In this document: in pieces, positions 41,132 to 48,503 of the stretch
Position numbering within the stretch: position 1 is the first letter of the stretch
Layout: every line of letters starts with the position of its first letter
From: Gemmatimonadales bacterium
GTDB lineage: Bacteria > Gemmatimonadota > Gemmatimonadetes > Gemmatimonadales > GWC2-71-9
Assembly: GCA_035328285.1 (NCBI GenBank)
Contig: DAOLIZ010000003.1
Coordinates: 1-48,503 of the forward strand
Direction of reading: 5' to 3'
Length of the DNA: 48,503 nt
Translations under genes and position numbers: made by a program
The notes under the pieces: model-generated
Told to the model about the DNA's origin: nothing
The model's database searches: none
What the model saw: only the letters and a program-made list of their open reading frames with translations

Positions 41132-42688
41132 TCAGGGCTCCCGGAGGTCGCGACCCGTCATCTCGGGCGGCGGCGTGATGCCGAGCAGGCGCAGTACGGT
41201 CGGACCGACGTCGCGGAGCGCGCCGCCGCTGCGGAGCATGGTCGCGCCGGCACGGACTGCCACCAACGGCACAGGATTCGTCGTGTGGGCGGTGTGCGGG
41301 CCGCCGGTTTCGGGGTCCAGCATCATTTCACAGTTCCCATGGTCCGCCGTCACCAGCACCGTGGCGCCCGTGGCTTCCGCCGCGTGGAGCACCCGCCCCA
41401 GGCATCGGTCAACTGTCTCAACCGCCTCCACCACGGCCGGCATCACCCCGGTGTGCCCGACCATGTCGGCATTGGCATAGTTGCAGAGCACAAAGTCGTG
41501 CTCGGGCGCGCGGATGGCGCCGCAAAGCACGTCGGTGATGCCCTCGGCGCTCATTGCCGGCGCGAGATCGTACGTCGCGACCTTCTGCGACGGCACCAGG
41601 ATCCGTTCCTCGCCGGGGTACGGCGTTTCGACGCCCCCGTTGAAGAAATAGGTCACATGCGGGTACTTCTCGGTTTCCGCCGTCCGCAACTGGGTCCGGC
41701 CGGCGTCGGCCAGCATCTCCGCCACGATCCGCGCCATCGAGAAGGGCGGAAACGCCTGCGGGAAGAGGAAGGTCTGGTCGTACTGCGTCATGGTGACCAG
41801 GCCGGACAGCGCCGGCCGCATCCCGGTGTCGAAGCCGTCGAAGCCCTCGATCGCCAGGGCCCGGCAGATCTGCCGCATCCGGTCGCTGCGGTAGTTGAAG
41901 CAGAAGATCCCGTCGCCGTCCCGGATCGGGGCCACCGCGGCGCCGTCGCGCTGCAGGACGATCGGCTTCACGAATTCGTCGGTCTCGCCGCGCCCGTACG
42001 CCTCGCGGACGGCCTGCACCGGGTCGTGCGCCGGCCGCCCGACGCCGTGGACCATGGCCTCGTAGGCGAGCCGGGTACGGTCCCAGCGCCGGTCCCGGTC
42101 CATGGCGAAGTATCGGCCGGTGAGCGAGGCGATGTTCGCCCGCGGCCCGGCTATCCTCTCGAGGTCCGATTGGAGGCGCTGCACCACGTCGGCGGCGGAC
42201 TTGGGCGGGGAGTCGCGCCCGTCAAGAAAGCCATGCACCGCGATCCGGGGAACATCCTGTCGGACGCCCAGCTCCACGGCCGCCAGCAGATGGGTGTCGA
42301 TGGCATGCACGCCGCCGGCACCGAGCAGGCCGAGCAGGTGGAGGGTCCCGCCGCGCTCCCGCAGCCGCCGGCAGAGATCGACGAGTGGTGGCAGCCGGAA
42401 GAACTCCCCGGATTGGATGCTGGCGGAGATCCGGACCAGGTCCTGCGGGACGACCCGTCCCGCGCCGAGATTCAGGTGCCCCACCTCGCTGTTGCCCATC
42501 TGCCCTGCCGGGAGGCCCACGGCGAGGCCGCTGGCGTCGAGGAGGGTTCGCGGTTCGCCCTCCCACAGGCGATGCCAGATGGGGGTCCGGGCGAGCTCGA
42601 TGGCGTTTCCCTCGCGCTCCGGACGGTAGCCCCACCCGTCCAGCACTACAAGCACCACCTGGCGCGCCGGGGCGCTGGCGTTTGACAT
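41132..42688 (-). CDS. gpmI: 2,3-bisphosphoglycerate-independent phosphoglycerate mutase
   Basis: 518 aa. VVLVVLDGWGY, GNSEVGHLNLGAGRV, ADHGNCE. GGAGAGG SD. Confidence 0.95.
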   Translation of the reverse strand: MSNASAPARQVVLVVLDGWGYRPEREGNAIELARTPIWHRLWEGEPRTLLDASGLAVGLPAGQMGNSEVGHLNLGAGRVVPQDLVRISASIQSGEFFRLPPLVDLCRRLRERGGTLHLLGLLGAGGVHAIDTHLLAAVELGVRQDVPRIAVHGFLDGRDSPPKSAADVVQRLQSDLERIAGPRANIASLTGRYFAMDRDRRWDRTRLAYEAMVHGVGRPAHDPVQAVREAYGRGETDEFVKPIVLQRDGAAVAPIRDGDGIFCFNYRSDRMRQICRALAIEGFDGFDTGMRPALSGLVTMTQYDQTFLFPQAFPPFSMARIVAEMLADAGRTQLRTAETEKYPHVTYFFNGGVETPYPGEERILVPSQKVATYDLAPAMSAEGITDVLCGAIRAPEHDFVLCNYANADMVGHTGVMPAVVEAVETVDRCLGRVLHAAEATGATVLVTADHGNCEMMLDPETGGPHTAHTTNPVPLVAVRAGATMLRSGGALRDVGPTVLRLLGITPPPEMTGRDLREP

Positions 42689-42704
42689 GCCTCTCCGCTG
42701 TTTC

Positions 42705-42710
42705 TACAAT
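42705..42710 (+). promoter_or_regulatory. Candidate -10 hexamer TACAAT in the 30-nt gpmI/SH3b divergent spacer
   Basis: TACAAT ends 8 nt before the GTG at 42719, with no SD in between. Confidence 0.3.
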
Positions 42711-42718
42711 GCTGGACA

Positions 42719-43765
42719 GTGACTTACACCGCGCCGCAATCTAGTCCCGCCCTTCGCCGCCTACCAGTCTGGGCGGTGTTCACGACGCTCTGCCTCGCCG
42801 TTGTTCCGACATTGCTCCCCGCCCAGTCACGAGTGGGCCAGGCCACCTCCTTCCGGAAGGATCCGGCCGGGACCGTGCTCGCCACCCTCCAGGCGGGGGA
42901 GAGGGTCAAGACCGGCCAGGTGCAGGGAGACTGGACCGCCGTGACACTCGAGGGGTGGGTGTTCACCAAGTCCACCAGCGCGACCTCCCGCGACGGCTTC
43001 GACATCGTGATCACGCCGACGAACGGCGAAAACCTCCGGGCGAGCCCCAACGGAAGGATCGTCGCGCGCCTGGAGGAGGGGGCCCTGCTGAACAGTGTGG
43101 GCACCAAGGGGGGGTGGACCCAGGTGAGCCGTGCCGGCTGGGTGAGCACCAAGGCGCTCGGTGGAGGAGCCACCCCGGCACAGTCGCGCACGGCCGCGGT
43201 GCCGGCGGACAGCGCGGCGGTCTCCGCCCCACCCGCAGCCGATGCGGCGGACCGGGTCGCGGCGCTGCGCGCGACGCCCCTGGTGCTGACCCCCGATGGC
43301 TCCCCGGTGGCGACGCTCGATTCGGGGGCCTCCGGCCAGGTGATCGGCAAGAGCGGAGAGTGGGTCCAGGTCCAGCTCCAGGGCTGGGTCCGCGAGACGG
43401 ACCTCACCGAGCCGGCCAGCGCGGCGATCCCGGGCGTGACGGTGGCGCAGATCCGCGCCAACCCGTCTCGCTACGTCGGCCAGCTGCTGGAGTGGCGGAT
43501 GCAGTACATCAGCATCCAGACCGCCGACGAGCTGCGGCCCGAAATTCCGAACGGGGCGAGGTACCTCCTGACCCGGGGCCCATTGCCGGAGCCGGGGTTC
43601 GTGTACGTGATCGTCACGGCGGCCCAGTTGCCCACCTTTCAGGCTGCCGCACCGCTGCAGGAGTTCACCCTGCGCGGGCGCCTCCGCGCCGCGCAGACAC
43701 GGTACCTGCCTACGCCCGTGCTGGAGCTGGTCCAGGTCGTCGATGCCCAGGGAGGGACGCCGTGA
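42719..43765 (+). CDS. Secreted protein with three SH3b-like repeats
   Basis: Signal peptide ...LCLAVVPTLLPAQS. Three repeats of the pattern x-P-x-G-x-V-x-A-x-L-x-x-G...G-x-W-x-x-V-x-x-x-GWV. Confidence 0.75.
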   Translation: MTYTAPQSSPALRRLPVWAVFTTLCLAVVPTLLPAQSRVGQATSFRKDPAGTVLATLQAGERVKTGQVQGDWTAVTLEGWVFTKSTSATSRDGFDIVITPTNGENLRASPNGRIVARLEEGALLNSVGTKGGWTQVSRAGWVSTKALGGGATPAQSRTAAVPADSAAVSAPPAADAADRVAALRATPLVLTPDGSPVATLDSGASGQVIGKSGEWVQVQLQGWVRETDLTEPASAAIPGVTVAQIRANPSRYVGQLLEWRMQYISIQTADELRPEIPNGARYLLTRGPLPEPGFVYVIVTAAQLPTFQAAAPLQEFTLRGRLRAAQTRYLPTPVLELVQVVDAQGGTP

Positions 43766-44181
43766 ATGACGCGCTGAAGCAGCGGATCTTGCGAAAGCTG
43801 GAGAGCCTGAGCGACGAACGGGGCTACCAGATCCTCGACTACGTGGAGTTCCTCGAGAGCAAGTTCGCGGAACGCGCGGCCCCGACCGGCATCTTCGCAA
43901 AGATCACCGAGACGGTCGAAGACACCATGCGCGCAGGCAAGCTGCCGATCCAGGCGATCAGCGGGACCATGGGCGTCATGGACAGCGCGGCCAAGGTGAT
44001 GAAGGGATTCGCCGCGGCCGGCAAGACCGTGGTCGACGAGGCGATGCGGGCCTCGGAAGGCCAGCCGCCCCTCGAGGGACCGGCCAAGCCGGCGGCTGCC
44101 AAGCCCCCGACGGCCAAGGCGCCGGCCCCCAAGGCCCCGGTGACCAAGGCGCCGCCCCCGACCCCCAAGTCCGACACCTGA
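43762..44181 (+). CDS. Hypothetical small protein with Pro/Ala/Lys-rich tail
   Basis: GTG overlaps the upstream stop (GTGA), 139 aa. N-terminal helix LSDERGYQILDYVEFLESKF. Tail is PAKPAAAKPPTAKAPAPKAPVTKAPPPTPK. Confidence 0.55.
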   Translation: MNDALKQRILRKLESLSDERGYQILDYVEFLESKFAERAAPTGIFAKITETVEDTMRAGKLPIQAISGTMGVMDSAAKVMKGFAAAGKTVVDEAMRASEGQPPLEGPAKPAAAKPPTAKAPAPKAPVTKAPPPTPKSDT

Positions 44182-44211
44182 TCCCGGCTCCGCCCCACCT
44201 CCTTCAACCGG

Positions 44212-45684
44212 ATGACACCCATGGCGACTGACGCCGCCGCGCCCGCCAGCGAGGAATTCGTTCGGGGCATCGGCCCCATCCAGGCGCTCTCCCTCGTGGT
44301 CGGAACGATGATCGGGTCCGGCATCTTCATCGTCTCGGCCGACATCGGCCGGTTGATGGGCGCGTGGGGGCCTGCGGGGTTGATGCTGGTCTGGGTGGTG
44401 ACGGGCGTCATGACGATGGCCGGCGCCCTGAGCTACGTGGAGCTGGCCGCCATGATGCCGAAGGCGGGCGGGCAGTATGTCTTTCTGCGCGAGGGACTCA
44501 ACCCGCTGGCCGGCTTCCTCTACGGGTGGACGCTCTTCACCGTGATCCAAGCTGGTACCATCGCCGCCGTGGCGGTGGCCTTCGCAAAGTTCCTCGCGGT
44601 CCTGCTGCCCGGGGTCAGCGATTCCGTCATCCTCGCTCTCGGGAGCATCCGCCTTCCCGGCGCCCCGGATGCGATCACGATCGGCGTGTCCCCGCAACGG
44701 CTGGTCGCGATCGCCAGCATCCTTGGACTCACCTGGATCAACTACCGGGGGGTGTCGCTCGGCGCCCGGTTCCAGACCACCCTGACCTTTGCCAAGGTCG
44801 GTGCCCTGGCGGCGCTGATCCTCCTCGGGCTCCTGGTCTTTCGGCAGCCGGATGCCGTGGCGGTGAATTTCGGCACCTTCTGGGGATCGGCGCCATGGAC
44901 CCTGGCGCTGGTGCCGCTGGTCGGCGCGGCGATGGTCGGCTCGCTGTTCAGCAGCGATGCCTGGAACAACGTGACGTTCGCGGCGGCCGAGGTGCGCAAT
45001 CCGACGCGCAACCTGCCGCTGGCGCTCGCCGCGGGCACCGCGCTCGTCACCCTCTTCTACCTGCTCGCCAACCTCGCCTACCTGAGTGTGTTGCCCCTGA
45101 TCGGCGATCCGAACGGGGCCACCGCCGTCGCGCGCGGCATCCAGTACGCCTCCGCCGATCGCGTGGGCACGGCGGCGGTCGAGGTGATGCTCGGCTCGGC
45201 CGGCGGGGCGGTGATGGCCATCGCCATCATCATCTCCACCCTGGGCTGCAACGCCGGGCTCATCCTGGCGGGGCCGCGCGTCTATTACGCCATGGCGCGG
45301 GACCGGCTCTTCTTCGAGCGGGCGGGTCACCTCCATGCGGGTTATCACACGCCCGGGTGGGGGCTCTGGATCCAGGCCCTGTGGGCCTCGCTCCTCTGCC
45401 TGAGCGGCACCTACAACCAGCTCCTCGACTACGTCATCTTTGCCGCCCTCGTGTTCTACCTCCTGACGACCGTGGCGCTCTTCCGCCTCCGGCGGCTGCA
45501 GCCCGACCTGCCCCGGCCGGTCAAGGCGGTGGGGTACCCGCTGGTCCCGGCGCTCTATATCGCGGGCATCGCCGTGCTGCTGGTGGTGCTGCTGATCGAG
45601 AAGCCCCTGTTCACCTGGCCCGGGCTGCTCATCGTGGCCCTTGGCATTCCTGTCTATTTCGTGTGGCGGCGGTCGCGGGCCTGA
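44212..45684 (+). CDS. APC-superfamily amino acid permease
   Basis: 490 aa, 12 TM helices. VVGTMIGSGIFIVS and ELAAMMPKAGGQYVF motifs. Confidence 0.9.
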   Translation: MTPMATDAAAPASEEFVRGIGPIQALSLVVGTMIGSGIFIVSADIGRLMGAWGPAGLMLVWVVTGVMTMAGALSYVELAAMMPKAGGQYVFLREGLNPLAGFLYGWTLFTVIQAGTIAAVAVAFAKFLAVLLPGVSDSVILALGSIRLPGAPDAITIGVSPQRLVAIASILGLTWINYRGVSLGARFQTTLTFAKVGALAALILLGLLVFRQPDAVAVNFGTFWGSAPWTLALVPLVGAAMVGSLFSSDAWNNVTFAAAEVRNPTRNLPLALAAGTALVTLFYLLANLAYLSVLPLIGDPNGATAVARGIQYASADRVGTAAVEVMLGSAGGAVMAIAIIISTLGCNAGLILAGPRVYYAMARDRLFFERAGHLHAGYHTPGWGLWIQALWASLLCLSGTYNQLLDYVIFAALVFYLLTTVALFRLRRLQPDLPRPVKAVGYPLVPALYIAGIAVLLVVLLIEKPLFTWPGLLIVALGIPVYFVWRRSRA

Positions 45685-47283
<1,599 letters not shown>

Positions 47284-47304
47284 TCCGTCGCGACGTCACT
47301 GCAT

Positions 47305-47336
47305 GCCGGGGCGCCCCGCACCCCGGCCGTTCTTTC
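47305..47336 (+). terminator. Hairpin terminator after guaB
   Basis: GCCGGGG (47305-47311) / CCCCGGC (47321-47327), followed by CGTTCTTTCC. Confidence 0.55.
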
Positions 47337-47354
47337 CCTCATTTCGGAGCACTC

Positions 47355-48503
47355 GTGAGCGACTCCGCACCAGCCCGCGAAGCCTGGGGTTCCCGCATCG
47401 GCCTGATCCTGGCCATGGCGGGAAACGCCGTCGGTCTCGGCAACTTCCTGCGCTTCCCGAAGCAGGCCGTCGAGAACGGCGGCGGCACCTTCATGATTCC
47501 GTACTTCATCGCCTTCCTGCTCGTCGGCATCCCGCTGATGTGGATCGAGTGGGGCGTCGGCCGTCATGGCGGACTGCGCGGACACGGCTCGGTGCCGGGG
47601 ATGTTCCAGACTCTGTGGAAGAACCCCATCGCGAAGTACCTGGGGGTGCTGGGCCTGTTCATGCCGATGGTGGTGCTGATCTACTACTGCTACATCGAGT
47701 CGTGGACCCTGGCCTGGACCTGGGCGTCGCTGCGCGGCGCCACGCAGGGACTGGACCAGGCGGGAATGCAGGCCTTCTTCAAGTCCTACGTCGATCTCGA
47801 CAACGGCACCGTCCATGGCTTCTGGACGCCGTTCGCCTTCTTCTTCATCACGATCGCCGTCAACTTCTACGTGGTGAGCAAGGGGCTGTCGGCGGGCATC
47901 GAGCGGCTGGCCAAGATCGGCATGCCGATTCTCTTCGTCTTCGCCGCCATCCTGGTGGTGCGCGTGCTGACGCTCGGCGCCCACGACGTCATCATCGACG
48001 GGGTCGTCACGCAGTCGAGCCCGATCGACGGCCTGAACTTCATGTACACGCCGAACTGGAGCCTGCTGGCCAGCCCGAAGGTGTGGCTGGCGGCGACCGG
48101 GCAGATCTTCTTCACCCTCTCGGTCGGCATGGGCTCGCTCCAGGCGTACGCCAGCTACCTGACGAAGAAGGACGACCTGGCACTCTCCGGCATCGCCACC
48201 GCCGCGACCAACGAAACGGCGGAGGTGGTGCTGGGCGGCTCGCTGGCCATCCCGGCGATCGTCGCCTTCTTCGGCGTGGCCGGTGCCACCGCCATCGCCA
48301 AGGGCGGCAGCTTCGACCTTGGTTTCATCGCCATGCCGCTGGTCTTCAACCAGCTCCCTGGCGGGGCCCTGATGACCACGATCGCCGGCGTGATGTGGTT
48401 CGGACTCCTGTTCTTCGCCGGCATCACCTCCTCCGTGGCCATGGCCACGCCGGCGCTCTCGTTCGTCGAGGAGAATTTCGGCTGGACGCGCAAGCGGACC
48501 GCC
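47355..48503 (+). CDS. Sodium-dependent NSS/SNF-family transporter (3' end beyond window)
   Basis: Own translation from the GTG at 47355 (GGAG 5 nt upstream): VSDSAPAREAWGSRIGLILAMAGNAVGLGNFLRFPKQAVENGGGTFMIPYF... The frame stays open to the window end. It is absent from the ORF track because it has no stop in the window. Confidence 0.9.
   Translation, partial: MSDSAPAREAWGSRIGLILAMAGNAVGLGNFLRFPKQAVENGGGTFMIPYFIAFLLVGIPLMWIEWGVGRHGGLRGHGSVPGMFQTLWKNPIAKYLGVLGLFMPMVVLIYYCYIESWTLAWTWASLRGATQGLDQAGMQAFFKSYVDLDNGTVHGFWTPFAFFFITIAVNFYVVSKGLSAGIERLAKIGMPILFVFAAILVVRVLTLGAHDVIIDGVVTQSSPIDGLNFMYTPNWSLLASPKVWLAATGQIFFTLSVGMGSLQAYASYLTKKDDLALSGIATAATNETAEVVLGGSLAIPAIVAFFGVAGATAIAKGGSFDLGFIAMPLVFNQLPGGALMTTIAGVMWFGLLFFAGITSSVAMATPALSFVEENFGWTRKRTA

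Overview
High-GC (roughly 68-70% by eye) bacterial chromosomal segment from a diderm organism, shown by outer-membrane barrel signatures and lipoboxes. I can support about 52 protein genes and found no rRNA, tRNA or CRISPR array by eye. Coding is very dense: many neighbours share ATGA/GTGA/TGATG start-stop overlaps, and several same-strand overlaps run 17-32 nt.

Gene content, left to right:
- MoxR ATPase, a lambda-Bor-like lipoprotein and a DUF4440 protein (minus strand).
- An Fo-plus-delta-only ATP synthase operon (atpZ-like, atpI-like, atpB, atpE, atpF, atpH) ending in a strong terminator.
- An IS200/IS605-type Y1 (HUH) transposase flanked by GC-rich palindromic hairpins.
- A seven-gene plus-strand array: M1 peptidase with Omp85-like C-terminus, 4x[4Fe-4S] ferredoxin, cupin, sugar-phosphate nucleotidyltransferase, HMGL/LeuA-like synthase, DUF885, and a Ddl-like ATP-grasp. 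The array converges on an HEMGH zinc peptidase.
- An MFS gene behind an AT-rich double palindrome.
- cstA-ybdD-DUF502 (minus strand), with a perfect (GCTGCCCC)6 repeat in its divergent promoter region, and an SDR gene.
- A coupled array of lipoprotein, isocitrate-dehydrogenase-family gene, Zn-ribbon membrane protein, DUF4139, metallophosphoesterase and SprT-like protein.
- gcdH-etfB-etfA, an antisense ICMT-like gene, ETF-QO, and a GGDEF cyclase.
- A 12-gene minus-strand run from gpmI to an MFS gene. It embeds fdhD-mobA-mobB-moeA with a PTPS/QueD-like enzyme, a CoA-binding protein, two OMP barrels, TerC and an SDR.
- A secreted 3x SH3b protein, a small coupled protein, an APC permease, guaB, and a 3'-truncated NSS/SNF transporter.

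No recognisable defence island, prophage or CRISPR is present.

The most unusual items are:
1. The M1-metallopeptidase/Omp85-barrel fusion.
2. The octamer VNTR / G-quadruplex motif upstream of cstA.
3. The translationally coupled Moco-plus-envelope super-operon.
4. The Zn-ribbon/DUF4139/phosphoesterase/SprT cassette.
5. The IS200-like element with REP-like hairpins.

All family assignments come from motif recognition by eye, not from database searches.
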